From NCBI RefSeq assembly GCF_020745735.1, contig NC_083409.1, positions 9,413,534 to 9,477,533 on the forward strand: 64,000 bases of DNA, written 5' to 3'. The first letter of the stretch is position 1. Every line of letters starts with the position of its first letter. The DNA is from Hemiscyllium ocellatum (Eukaryota). Under the pieces are notes generated by a model. That model saw only the letters and a program-made list of their open reading frames with translations, searched no databases and had not been told where the DNA came from. Below are positions 1 to 13,285 of this stretch, one piece after another. The position numbers were made by a program, and so were the translations under genes.

Positions 1-899
1 GTGGAGTGTCCTTCAGATTGACACTGGGATCAGGCACAAAATGAATTACACTCAAAGACCGAACAAACGGCTATCAAACTGCAGAGAACAGTAATTTATC
101 CAAGGGAACTCAACAGGTATCAGTGGGTGTAAGAGCATTAGGCAGGCAAGTGTCAGATCTTGTTGAATACACCAGAAACACAGTCACTCATTAAGAGAAG
201 CAGGGAAATGGGAATAATTGAAATCTCTGCTGAGAGATGGAAGGGGTTTTCTCGGTTGTAACGCCTCTGAGAACGATAAAACTTGAAGGGTCGTTTATAT
301 CATAAACAACATTGCAGCATGGTGAACTGCTGCCTTCCTGAACCCGCTGCAGCCATGTGCTGTAGGTAGACCCAGAATGCCCTGAGGGAGAGAATGCCCT
401 GATTTTAACCCAGTGACAGTGAAGGAACAGGGATATATTTCTAAGTCAGGTTTGGGGAAAATCTTACAGCTGGCAGTGTTCCCATGTGTGTACTATTTTA
501 AAAGATGTTAATAACCTGAAAAAGAGGAATAATAAAGGGAAAGTAATGCTAGAAAGCATTCGACTGGATGGTGATGGATTAATTATTGCGGTGACTTTTT
601 GGGTAGAGTTGGCTGTTCTTGTCCAGCAGCAACATTCTCCATGGTAACGCTTTATTGCATTCCAAAAGAAGACGTTTAAACCTCAAAACTCTGACCTCAC
701 TCAAAGGCAGTGCTAATTATTGACAGATTTTATGATTTTTTTAAAAGAAGTTTCAGCCTTGGCTAAGTTTATAGAACTCCTTCCATGGAGTCAGAAAGGT
801 TTGGCTTCAGTTCACTCTAAGGTGGGTCAACAACTATCTCATCCATCAGTGACAGAACTGCTGGGAAGTTCCTTTTGGCTCCTGGGAAGGTCCGCAGTT

Positions 900-1100
900 G
901 GAAGCGAGCAGAGCAATGCTTGTTGGAGACAAGGCTATCACTGGAGACCTTGGCTTATTATGGAAGCCCAGACTAAATGCAACTAAAGGCAGGTGTGGGT
1001 CATGGGAGAGGTGGCAGTTTAACATGAGGACATCATCTGAAGCTCGGTCCCTTGATTGGACACATTGTGGGAAAGCCAAGCTGATTTAATCCTTGAGCTG
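900..1100 (+). mobile_element. Possible degenerate PIF/Harbinger transposase fragment
   Basis: Frameshifted MLVGDK/GYHWRPWLIM resembles the LLGDKGYPLxPWLMTP motif of Harbinger DDE transposases. Confidence 0.35.
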
Positions 1101-3836
1101 CCATTAAATCAGGATAGATTCAGGAATTTAGGGGTCAATTGGTTCCTCAGTCTAGTTGATATCGTCTGATGGTGGCTGAGAATTCCAGTTCACTACTTCT
1201 GTCCTGATATTCATTGGGAGAAATTTTAGCTGCCATTGGGGATATTGAAATCGGCTACTTGAGTGATTAAATGTGCCTGGAGTCATGTTTCCAACTGTAT
1301 TAAATCTGGGTCAAAGTGTAAACATCAAACCTGATATTTCGTTTGCAAAACTGAGAGAAGATGTGCAGGTTAGGTGGTTGGCTGTGCTAAATTACTCATT
1401 ATGCCCAAGAGATGTGCAGGCTAGCAAATGGAAAATGCAGGGTTACAGGGATAGGGTAGGGGATGTGTGGGTCTGGGTGGAATGGTCTTCAAAGTGTCGA
1501 TGTGTACTTGATTGGCCTCCTTCCACACGGAAAGAATTCCTCGATTCTATAATTGTATGAAGGCTAGAACAGGATCTCGACAGTGGAGGGAGGGTATTCT
1601 GATGTTCAAAAATTCATAAACAAAGAAACACAGTAAATGTAGATTTACCATCAGCGCTGACAAACTAAAAGGCAAAATGACACATTCTCCAGTCATATAC
1701 CAGGTACAGAAAGGAGATCAGGAAAAATATTTTGATGCAGTTATTTGAATTTAATGATTATAAACTGAGTGCTCTGTTCAAAAAAGTACAGAATTACTTT
1801 TTAGGATTTCAACAGGTCTGAAGCAAAAGAGGAAATCAGGATCAGTCAGTTCAGAATACAGAATTTGAGTGAGACAAAACCCTTCTTGCGAAAGCGTTTC
1901 ATTTTGCCTTGCTTTCTCTCCATGGATGCCGCATGACCCGCTGGGATCTTCAGTCTACATGGTATTTGCCTTTGCTGTGCTATTTCTTGCAAATTGTCCT
2001 GATGTGTGCAAGACAGAATCTTTGACAAAATGTGCCTTTTTTCAGCAATATTCAAATTCAGATCAGTTTGGAAGAGAAAGCAGGGCCATGGAATCATCTT
2101 TCCTGCAGGGAGGGAGGGAGTGTGTGTGGAATCTCCCATGGGCACGGTTCTCCTGGCTGCCACCACATCAGGAAGGCTGGAGCTTGATGATTGAGCTGAA
2201 TGGACAGGGCTCACTCTCACAGTCCTCAGAGCCATGGAGCCTCTTGTAATGGGAGCATCTGCTTGGTGTTGGGGCAGACAATGACATTGCAGTGGGATTG
2301 GAAATGGGACAACTCGACACTGGATGCTGCACAATGGCTGCGCCGACTCTTCCTCTCTGCCTGATCCCTTCAGGAGTGAACGTGGATGTACAGAATAGCT
2401 GAACACCTTGGTTTTTGAAGAAGGCATGTGCAATGGAACATTATTCTCCAGCTGACTGTCACCAGCTTGGTGCTAGAAAAGGTTCCTTTATTCATTGAGC
2501 TGAGAGCCTTGCTCCTGACCCAGCAGATTGGTGTTGTGTGGAGTTTCAGGAGATAAAGTGAGGCTGAGGAGGGAGTGAATGAGCAAGTGAGTAAATCTGC
2601 TTCTCAAATTTCCCAGCAACATTGAGAACTCAGGGTTAAGACACAAAGGAGGAAGGATGAAGAGTTGAAGAAAGATTTCACACAGACAATATGCATGAGT
2701 GGGTATAGAGAAAAAAAACTAATTAATTCTTTTGAAATTACAAAATTAGAGGCTGGATTAGGCCACTCAATCCTTCAGGACTTATCCACCAATAAATAGG
2801 ACCATGGCTGATGTGAATTTGCTTCCAGCACCACATTCCCATCCATCACACCTCCCTGATGTGTCACCATTTTCTTCAACTCAGTCTCCAATCCAAACAC
2901 CCTAAGTGGGAATTGTTGCAGTTTCATACGTTCACAACAGATGTATTTACACTGAATCACTTTACTTTAGTAAAGAAATACATATCCCGCTTACAAACAA
3001 AATACATCCATTCCTTGGTGATACCAGTAATTGCCTTCAGTATCTGAATTAAAGTTTTTGTGCTTTCCATTTATTGACCTTCCCGAATGGGGGTGTCCCG
3101 GAGCAGTACAAGACGACATGAGGATATAGACGGGCTGGGAGGGTCAGATGGGCTGATCAGTAACAAGTGGAATTCTTTCAATAAATGTGAGTCAGTGGAC
3201 TGAGCTCTCCCTGACCATGCGAGTGAGGTGAGGGCAGAGTGACAGCACTTGACATCAAGGTCTCTTTGATGGTGTGTGGCATCAAGGATCTGAGCAATGC
3301 AGCAGCTTTTCACCAGGAAGGGATCAACATCGGGATCCCTCTGAGCAACTCCTGGGAGTTCTGTCATCCCAAAGGGACACATCCCCCTCCTCAGTTCCCA
3401 CAAACAGCAGCAAGTCAAGCACACACTGTCCAAACTGTTTGGGGGAGCTGACCTGAACTCTCACAGCTCTGTGCCATGCTCTGCTGGAAGATGGAGGGAC
3501 TATTGGGAACCCTTGGCACCAGCTCCATCAATATTGTTGGTCTTTAAACATGAAGTGAACTTGCCCTGGTCCTCAGCCCTCCCTGACCCAATACGGACCA
3601 GGGCACATTCGAAATGACCAACTGTGTAAAGACATATTGCCAGTCTGTCTGCAATGATCCAATCTGTTCTGAACACTCCCTGAGTGAGCTCACTCTGTTA
3701 TGTTCAGATACACTGCCATTGAGTGCCCAGGGAGCCCATCCTTACACTATATACATATCAAAGTCCCCCAAGAACTTCAGTTTGTTCTTCATGGACATCC
3801 CAGTGGTATTGAGATGCATCTGTGTGTGTTGATCAT

Positions 3837-3838
<2 letters not shown>

Positions 3839-3879
<41 letters not shown>
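3839..3879. repeat. (CA)n microsatellite
   Basis: Direct observation. Confidence 0.97.
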
Positions 3880-3881
<2 letters not shown>

Positions 3882-4220
3882 CTACAGACACACCTCACAT
3901 GGTCATGGGGATTATTATGGAGTGAAAGTACCCTCCCCACTCTGGGTTTGGATCTTTCCCATCTACACTCTGAGTTCAGCTTACTCTCGGCATCATTCTT
4001 CAATCTTTCTGAACTCCAACACACCTTCCTTCTTTTCCCCATTTATTGGGGATGATTTTCTCAGGGCCCTGATTCCTACTGAAAGTGCCCCTTCTGTCCC
4101 TAATTTAGTATTGCCCTCCTGCTCCCGGGACCCCATTGCCCTCTCTCTTCTCCCCCTCGTGTTCCGTGCCTTGAGGGTGGAGGTTAACACACCCTTTTCC
4201 CTGAGGTTTCAGCTCAGGCC

Positions 4221-4927
4221 ATTTCCAAAGCACACAGAGACAGAGACTGAATCTTCTTCATCTTTATTCCCTTTTCCAGATTGACATTGACAGAAAACAG
4301 TCAGCAATTAACAGCCCAGACAGAGGAAGCTGCTCAAATTCACAGCCACAATGGAGCTTGAGGAAAACACTTGTGGAGATTTTCTCAATAACCTGAGAAT
4401 CCTGTCCCTTTAAACAGTGACAAAACCTTATATTGGAGCTGGTGGCTGAGCAGGAAGGAGATCTGGTTTCTTGAAGCAGAGACTTCTGAGGTTCACATTG
4501 TTTTTACACAGGGGACAGTTTTCAATATCTTTGAAAGGTTATGCTTGTTATTACAAGTCAACATTGTCCCCAACAAACAGTCTCCTGGACAGGGACAGAA
4601 TACGGTTAGATCCAGAGTAAAGCTCTTTCCGTACTGTTCCCACCAAAGACACCCAGGACAGGGACAGGATAAGAAACTGAATAATGCTGTCTCCACATTG
4701 TCCTCGTCAAACACTGCCAGGACAGGGACAGCACTGGTTGGGAACAGAGTGAAGCTCTCTCTACAGTGTCACAGTAACCTGCCTTAACCCCTGAACCTCA
4801 GAGTCTCCCAGAGGCCAGTCTCAAGAAGGAAGAGAGTTGAAATTCAGTGTGACAATAACCTTTGTCCTGCCAGCTCAGCCCTGTTCTATTTAAAGTTGTG
4901 TCTCCTCTGTGGACTGTCTCCAACACT
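4221..4927 (-). other. Paralogous C-kappa 3'UTR and poly(A) signal (inverted copy of 45380-45953)
   Basis: Long collinear blocks match the reverse complement of the 45380-45953 region; AATAAA at 4268-4263; homology continues about 42 nt past the signal. Confidence 0.92.
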
Positions 4928-5013
4928 CTACACACATTCTGATCTCCTGATGCTCTTGCTGAGGGGAGGGAGGGTCACATGGGTGAGGGCACAGGAGAAG
5001 TGAGCGTTGGACT
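4928..5013 (-). pseudogene. IGKC: 5'-truncated second C-kappa exon fragment (inverted)
   Basis: Reverse strand reads SNAHFSCALTHVTLPPLSKSIRRSECV* (TAG 4930-4928), closely matching the last ~28 codons of the C exon at 45293-45379, with one 3-bp deletion. Homology stops at about 5013. Confidence 0.93.
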
Positions 5014-5185
5014 GGCAGAAGTATCAATTTTAATATTTGTATCATACACCTAACAAACCCGATGTATTTTTAAATTATTTTTTGATTGTGACATTCAAGT
5101 CCCCCACCCAGAGTACATTCTGTGCCCTCATCACCCTCAGAACTTCCGCTAAGTGCTGTTCAACATGGAGGAGAGACTGACTTTC

Positions 5186-5410
5186 TGACAGAGCGGCATT
5201 CCCTCAGTACGAACCCCTGACAGTGGGCTCTGTCTCAGTAATGACTTTCTGACAGTGCAGCACTCCTTCAGTACTCACCCTTGACAGTGCAGCACTCCCT
5301 CAGTACTGACCCATCATTAGTGCAACACTCCATCAGTACTGACCCTCTCCAATGGCGTGGCACTCCCTCAGTACTGTCCTTCTGACAGTGCTGCACTCCC
5401 TCAGTAGGGC
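5186..5410. repeat. About 32-bp minisatellite (CTGACAGTGCAGCACTCCCTCAGTACTGACC)n, about 7 units
   Basis: Visible periodicity, e.g. GACAGTG at 5251 and 5283. Confidence 0.85.
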
Positions 5411-8400
5411 ACTCTCAGCCTGGATAATTTGCTTCAGTGATAGAATCATGTAATGATGGAATCTGTACAATGTTGAAGCAGGCCATTCACCCCAATGTGT
5501 TCACACCAATCCTCCGAAGAACATTCCACCCAGATCCAAACCACTGCACTATCCCTGTAACCCTGCATTTCCCAATGGCTCATCCACCCAGTCTGCAACA
5601 TTGTAAGTGTGAGGGGAGAGTGCTCCCCACTGAGACCAGGCTGACACCTCCTGGTCCAAGAGCCTGCCTTGCTTCCCAATCCCAGCCCACACTTGGAGGA
5701 ATGAGCTATTCGAGATGTTTCCCAGCCAGGGATAGTGCCTTCAGGAGAGAGATGGAGAGCAGATGATAGGGGCAGGGGCAGTGGGTCTGTTGTCTTGAGG
5801 TAGGGTGTAGGACACATTGAAGCAGGCAATGGCAGGTGCTGAGCCCTTTCCCCGGAAGAGTTTGTAAGTTGATGGGTGAAAGTGGGAGGGGCACTAGAGT
5901 AACACCTTTGTTGCTGCTGAAACTCTTGCTGCCTGCTCTGTCACGTCCGAGAGACACACAGATACATCAGACACACAGGAGGCAGCTTTCTGTGGATGTT
6001 CTCCTGGGGCAGATCTCATCAATCATGGAGCTATGGTCAGTAACAGTGTAAGCTGTGCAGCCAAGAGGTGGGCACTGTGGAGTGTGGAGTGTTTTATTCC
6101 CCCCCCCGACTCTACTTTGATTCACTCCCTGCCCTCCCCTTCACTGTTTGATCACGTAGCATTGGCCTTTGATGTGAAGGACACTGCTTGTCACTGGCCA
6201 CTCGGGTATTTCCTTTCTTCCTGGAGGTGGAAATGAATAAAGACTTCTGCACTTGTCATTTTTCACTGTGTCTCACACTTGCACACATACAATGTGGTGC
6301 TGGGGAAAAATTATGCACCACCATTGTTAGGCAGCTGTGTGGGGTTATAGAAAAGAAAAAAAAATAAAAACTGTGCTGCCCTGAAAGCCTGAGTCTGCAT
6401 CTCAGCTTGGAAGGATATCAGCAATTAATCATCAAAATTGGTCCTGCCCTCCACAGCCTAGTCAGGCTGCCTGTGCCTTTCCATCACTCCCAGGTTTTCC
6501 CTTGTGCCACAGCTCATTCTCCTGAGAGTTGGCTATACTCAGGCCCAGCACATGATCTTGTCCCACTGTCAGATCCTCTTCGAGAAACTCATGGCTCACC
6601 ACTGCCATCTCCTGGGCAATTGGAGAAGGGTAATAAATAGCAGACAGGTCAATACATTCCCCATCCCAAGAGAAATAAAAAAAAAACGATGTAGAATTCA
6701 AATGATCAAACTGGTGGAAGATGGAGTGGATCCGTGATTAAATTTCACCTGATAATTGCTGTATTAAGTTCAAGGTGAACTTAAGGTGGTCTCTGCTGAA
6801 TTCAGATCAATTCTCATGGTTAACTTTCTCTCCAAACTGATTCTAATTTGAGTGTTGCTGAAAAACAAAACATTTTCTTGAAGCTTTTTGTCTTGCATGC
6901 ATCAGGACAATTTGCAAGAAATGCCACAGCAAAGGGAAACAATATTTAAACTGGTGTGTTCATAGTGACAACACCTCAATCTGTCAGCACTTTCCTCTCA
7001 TGCAATATAAATTGTTTTTTCTCTTTCGATTGATTTTTGCAATTGCCCTGATGAGGAAAAACAAAAAGCTTCCACAATATTCTCAAATAATTATTTGATC
7101 GTAATTTACTCTTTTGCTCTGTAATTGTCTTGTCCCATTTTGAATGGAGGTCTCAGTTTATCAGCACTCACTAAATTCCAATCTCTGCATCAAAATATTT
7201 TTCCTGATCGCCTTCCTGTACCTGGTGTTTGACCACAGAATGTGTCATTTTGCCTTTCTGTTTGCCATCATTGACAGAAAATCTACATTTACTGTGTTGA
7301 TTTCATTAAGGAATTTTGAATATCAGAATTCCCTCCCTCCCTCCTCGAGATCCTGTCTGGTGTTTCCTTGTAACCTAGATCCCCTATCCCTGGACCATTC
7401 TGCATTGCACCTCATAGAAGCCCCTAACTGTCCACCATATTCCAGATGTGACCTAACCATTCTTCAGTACAGCTGTCCTGGCCACTCTCCCCTCCATCTC
7501 CTCACTCTCAACATTCATTCCAAAATCCCAGCGGCCTTTCCCATGTCTTATTCTGAAAATTTTCCCAATTTTAAGCATTTATGTCACTGGCCATCCTTTC
7601 TTACCCCTGCAGTACATTGTTTACAATATGAGCTGCACTTCAACATTTATTGTTCTGAGTCATTACAAGCAGGAAAGCTTCTTGCCAACTCTCAGTAGAG
7701 AAACCAATTAATCCCATTGCCCTGCTCTATCCCAATCGCTTAATTGTATTTCTGGTGTATTCAACACATTACAGTCTTACACCCACTAATGGCTTTCTGT
7801 CATCTCTTGAGTTCTTCCTGATTAACTTTTTTTTGCAGTTTAGTGACATTGTCTTTGTACCCGTTTGTTAGACCTTTGCAATTCATATTGTGCCTGATCC
7901 CAGTGCCAGTCGTTGGGGCACTCCACCTTGTAATCTGAAAAAGCAGGCTCCAGTCTTTCAAAGAGATTGATTCAAGCCTCCCCCAGGTTAATCATTTGAA
8001 TTGTCCCTCATTTATTTTGATTTCTCCTGGGATGGGGAAAGCGTTGATGTGTCTGCTATTGGTCCCTTCCCTAATTGTCCTGGAGAGGGCGGTGGTGAGC
8101 AATTTAATATCTGGGAAGGACGGCGCTGGGATGTGTCCAAACAAAAACTATGAAACTCAATGTCATTTTATGTATGTTCTTTAGGCAAGGGAATCCAGTC
8201 ATCACCCAGACTGTGATTCCAGTCCCACAGTGACATGATTCATTCTAACGGCCCCATGATCTGGCTCAGCAAAGAACTCAGTCCGAACTGCTGGAGATGG
8301 GCAATAAATATGAGGCTTGCCAATGACATTAACACCCTGAGAAGGAATAATGCTGCTCTTTGCTGTCTGCCTTTTAGCCTCTGAGCCACCACACTCTCGC

Positions 8401-8746
8401 TGGTAAGGGTCTCTAATCCTCTCACATTAATATATTAAATGATGGCAATATGTGAAGAGCTTTTATTTGAATTGTCAGTTCTCTTTTTCCCATGCCTCTC
8501 TCCTCTTCAGGGGGGAGGAGGGAAAACAGCTTTTGAACTAGGATACTTATCACAGCCCAATGAAAATGTCTCCTGTGATATGATTATCTTCACAGTGTGC
8601 TGTTTTGTTCATTCTGTGATACACGTAGACAATGTCAGTATTGAGAGGGACAAAGTATATTTCCTCCTCTAACCCCTTTCCAACACACTCTCTCCATCTT
8701 GCTTTACTCTTATTGACTCTTCTACAATTGTCCCTGTTCCTCACTC

Positions 8747-8759
8747 NNNNNNNNNNNNN
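8747..8759. other. Assembly gap (13 N)
   Basis: Direct observation. Confidence 1.
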
Positions 8760-9689
8760 CCCCACCCCACCATGACCACCACAATCCTCACTGACTGACA
8801 TAAGCTCCTGGTCCAGCAGTACACCTCGATTTTTAAATTTCATCCTTGTTCTCAATCTGCTCCTGTTCTTCCACCCTCCCTATCTCTGTGACCTCCTCCA
8901 AGCTGCCTCACTCAGTGTGATCAATAATCTTGGATATATGGCTCTCTGTTTCTTGATCCAATCATTGAGAAATATCTTGAAAAGCTGAGGCCCCAGCACA
9001 GATCCCTGAATACCACTACTCACATCTTCTCATTTGACACACGCACGTTATCCTTCCTCTCTGTCTCCTAGACAGACCCATTCCTGACCCAAGGTAAATG
9101 CATTTCACAAATTCCAATCAAATTCCATGATTAGGAGATGCCGGTGTACTGTTAGTGTAAATGTTAAAAATCACACAACACCAGGTTCTAATGCAACAGG
9201 TTTGTTTGGAAGCATCAGCGTTTGGAGCACTGCTCCTTCATCAGATGTTTGTGGAGTGTAAGATCTGAATCAATGTTTCTTATGTGGAACATTCTTAAAT
9301 GTCTTTTGGAATTCCCTATAGACAATAGCCATCGACATTCCCTTATATCCCAAACTAGTGAGCTCCTAACAAAGTGTAACCCGTTAGTTAAAGATGTCTG
9401 AACCTTTGTCAATCCATGCTGACTCTCTCAGACCAGTTCATATTTGTCCGTTATTCTGTCTCTAAAAATAGACTCAATCACTTCCTGACAACAGACATTC
9501 AATGGAGATGTTCATTATAATTGAGGCTCGTAAACAGCTAGCACTGACACGAGGGGCTGAACAGCCTCCTCCTGTGCTGGCATCTTCTCTGTCTCCTGGA
9601 CTGAAATATTTTACAGATTAAAAACTAAAGACCAGCAGCAAATTTAAAATATAAATTAAAAACTCCTCAAATAATTTCCACATACAGGG

Positions 9690-12600
9690 CCGGGCGATGT
9701 GTAGTAATTGTACGATGGGGAAGCTGGTGGAGCCCATTGTAGCTCAGAGTGACCACATCTACAGCAAGTGTTGGTTGCTCAAGGCACTCCAGCTCAGAGT
9801 TGATGAGCTGGAATCTGAGCTTCAAACACTGCGACACATCAGGGAGGGGGGGAGAGTTACCTGGACACTGTGTTTGGGGAGACAGTCACACCTTGTAGGT
9901 TAAATACTTCAAATTATGGCCAGTGGTCAGGGACAGGAGGGTGTGACCAAAAGTGAACAGGCCGATGCAGCCTGGATTTAGCCTTACAGGTGCCTCAGCT
10001 CCTTGTCCAACAGGAATGAGGTACTTGCTCCCTGTGTCAATGAGGAAAAGGATTGTCGGGAGAATGGGCAAATGTAGTTTGAGGATTTTGGTGATAGTGA
10101 CCATAACTCTGTAAGTTTCAAAGTCATTATATAAAAAGATAAAGATAGAGCAGAAATTATAATGTCTAAACTGGGGAAAATGTAGGGATGTGTAGGTTAG
10201 GTGCATTAGCCATGGGAGATGCAGATTTACAGGGATAAGGTAGGGAGACAAGTCTGGGTGGGATGCTCTTCAGAATGTTGGTGTGGACTCATTGGTCTGA
10301 ATGGCCTGTTTCACACGGTATGGATTCTATGATTCGATGACTCCTACGGGCAGTCATTGCTGGCTTGGCCAGAGATGTCCATTTCCTATGAATGAACGAA
10401 GGAAACCACTGCACCATGGTCCAGGAGGCCACTCAGACTGGGGGAGCACAAAGAAAAGAGTGGATCTTAAATGAGGGGAACTGATAGCATCCTTTGTGAG
10501 CAGGATTGAGAGCCCCACATGTTGTGTTTCCTGCCTGGTTTCAAGGTAAGGGCATCTCGAGCCGGCTTTGAAGTATAACAGACTTGGGCGGGACGGGGGT
10601 GGGGGGTGGGTGGTTGGTGGCGGAGGTTGGGGGATGAGGATCCAGTTGTTTTGTTGTGTTGGGACCAACAACATCAACAAAAAATCGGCAAAAGCTCCTA
10701 TTTGGACAATATCAGGAAAGCTATCAGAAGGATATTGATTAACAGATGGAGAGAAATAAGAAAGAGGTGAATACAGCATCAGTGCTGAGGAACAGATTCC
10801 AGTGAATGGGCCATATACGAGTTCTATATACGAATGCACGGAGCGTAAGGAATAAATACAATAATCTGCAGGCACAAATTCAAATTTAAGATTGTGGTAC
10901 CGTATCAATTACTGAGCCATAGTTGCAGAATCATTCAGATTGGGAACGATATCTATCGGGTTAGAAGGTTCACAGGATGGATATGGGAAATGGCAGAAGA
11001 GGTGGAGCAGCTTCATTGATGAGGGAAAAAATGGCTTCAATGGTGAGGGAGGTCATAATGAGGAGAAAACACTCAGGGGACTGAGGAGCAGGAAAGGATC
11101 TAAAACTGTAATAGATGTTGGATACAGACCCCCCTGACAGCAGCTCTGAGGTGCTGGATGATATAAATGAGGAATTAGACAAGTGTGTAGCAAAGCCAGT
11201 GTATTATTAATGGGGACGTTTAACTTTAACTTAGATTGGGAGACAGACAAGCCCTCTGTCAGAAAGGTAGTGAATTGCTGCTGTGTGTCCAGATAGTTTC
11301 CAACAGCAATAGGTCCTGGATACAACAAGGGGACAAGCAATATTGGAATTAGTAATGAATAATGAGCCAGATTTAGTTCGTAACTACTTGTGCATGAATA
11401 TTTATCAAATAGTGATCATAACATGATCTAGTTCAGTGTCGCATTTGAAAGTAAAAAGCATGAATCAGCTGCTAGAATTGAGATTAAGGTAAGGCCGACT
11501 TTAATGAAATGTGACAGAAACTGTCCACAGTAAACTGGGAAAATCTGCTCATGGGTAAAACAACTGAAGAACAGTGGGGAATATTTAAAGGAACATTCAA
11601 CACAAAACAAAGCCAGTTTATACCTGAGAGGGAAAAGCGAACAAACAACAATGGTCAATTAAAGAGATAAGGGAAAGGATAAAATGTTTAAAAAAAGCTA
11701 ACAGAAAAGCAAAAAATAAGGACAGATTCCGCTGAATGGGAAGAATACAAAAGGACCACATATCAGCTTCTAAGAGCTACCAAAAGGGATTCTGAAAGGA
11801 AACATGTAACAAAATCAATAAGAAGAAATGTTACAGTTCCATAAAAGGGAAGCTGGGAGGTCAGGAGCAATGTTGGCCAATAAAGACTGAAAGTGAGGGA
11901 TATTGTCAGTGACAATGGGGAAATGGCAGCCATGTTAAATAAATACTTTACCTCAAGATTTGCAGTAGAAAAGGAAGAGGACTTACCTGAAGTCCCAAAG
12001 GAATTAACAGAGGATCTTTGTCAGGGACTGATTAGATTCCCTGCAGTGTGCAAACATGCCTTTTGGCCCAACCAGTCCACACTGACCCTCCGAAGAGTAA
12101 CTCATCCAGACCCATTTTCCCTCTGACTAATGCAATTAACACTATGGGCAATTTAGTATGGCCAATTCACCTGACCTGCACTTCTTTGGATAGTAGGAGG
12201 AAACCCATGCAGACAATGTGCAAACTCCACACAGGCAATTGCCCGAGGCTGGAATTGAACCTGGGACTCTGGTGCTGTGAGGCAGCAGTGCTAACCACTG
12301 TGTCACCTGAATAAAGTTAATGTCAATACAACATGTGTAATAAGGAAAATAATGGAACTAAAGAGTGACAAATCCTCAGGACCTGAGGGTGATAAAGTAG
12401 TAATAGACCACATTGCAGACACCCTGACTATAATCTTTCAGAGTTACCTGGATTCAGGAGTCGTACCTCTGAATTGGAAAATTGCGAATTTCATTTCACA
12501 TTTAACAAGGATGTCAGAGAAAAGCCAGGGAATTCCAGGTCACTAAGCCAACGTTTGTGGTGTGGAAATTGTTGTGTCTATAATCAAGGATGGGGGTAAC

Positions 12601-13060
12601 TGAAGACCTTGAAAATGGTCAGTTAATCAGGGAGAATCAGCATAGATTCATGACAAGTTGGTCATGGTGAAAAACCTCATTGAACATTTTTGAAGAGGAA
12701 ACAAAATTACTGGAGACAGTAATATCAATGGATGTTGTTTATAGGCACTTCCAGAAGGCATTTGATAAAATCCCATGTAAGAAACTGTCAACTCAGATAG
12801 AAATCCACAGAATTGAGGCTAAAATACTGACATACCGAAATTGGTTGAGTGACAGGTGACAGAAAAGGGATAATGGCTAAGTGCTGAAATTGGCAGGATG
12901 TGACCAGTGGTGTCCAATAGGAATGTGTTCGCACACCTCAATTATTTACATTATTTATTAATGCAGTGGACAATGGCATAGAAAGTCAGATACTCTTATT
13001 TGCTAATGACACAAAGTTAGGCAGCTTTGTAGGTAGTGTTTGTAGAGTCAGAGAGTCAGC
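9690..13060 (+). mobile_element. Degraded near-full-length CR1 LINE with SINE insertions
   Basis: ORF1 CxxC/coiled coil (CSNCTMG...CWLLKALQLRVDELE, 9697-9900), esterase-like DPVV..GTN (about 10640), endonuclease remnants about 10870-11450, RT remnants about 12330-13030. Confidence 0.8.
12025..12308 (-). mobile_element. V-SINE copy inserted in a CR1
   Basis: Similar to 13673-13985 along its length. Confidence 0.8.
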
Positions 13061-13233
13061 ATTCATCCAGTCCAATTTTTAACAGAGCATAATTTATCTT
13101 TGACATAGAACTCCTTGACTCCATCTCTCTCACTCACTCTCTCTCCCCACCCCTCTCTAACTCAGCTGCATAGATCTCACTCTGAATTCCATCCCTCTTT
13201 CTCTGTCCAAGCTCATTCCCCCTCTCTTTAGTG

Positions 13234-13238
<5 letters not shown>

Positions 13239-13285
<47 letters not shown>

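Noticed and set aside
1846-2433. 195-aa and 126-aa overlapping ORFs
   Set aside because: No recognisable motifs or splice structure; probably chance ORFs in decayed repeat sequence.
3700-4284. 194-aa ORF with a His-Thr run
   Set aside because: The run is the (CA)n microsatellite; no recognisable domain, and the end overlaps the antisense C-kappa UTR.
4221-5013. Processed-pseudogene origin of the C remnant
   Set aside because: No poly(A) tail or TSD seen, and homology continues about 42 nt beyond AATAAA through the downstream element.
5009-5030. GACTGGCAGAAG (DWQK) resembling the CEP350 penultimate exon
   Set aside because: Only four codons match, partly inside the C remnant, followed by YQF* and no donor; coincidental.
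7144-7698. 184-aa + strand ORF
   Set aside because: Part of it is the antisense of a decayed CR1 RT C-terminus (QLY..MVRSHLEY on the minus strand).
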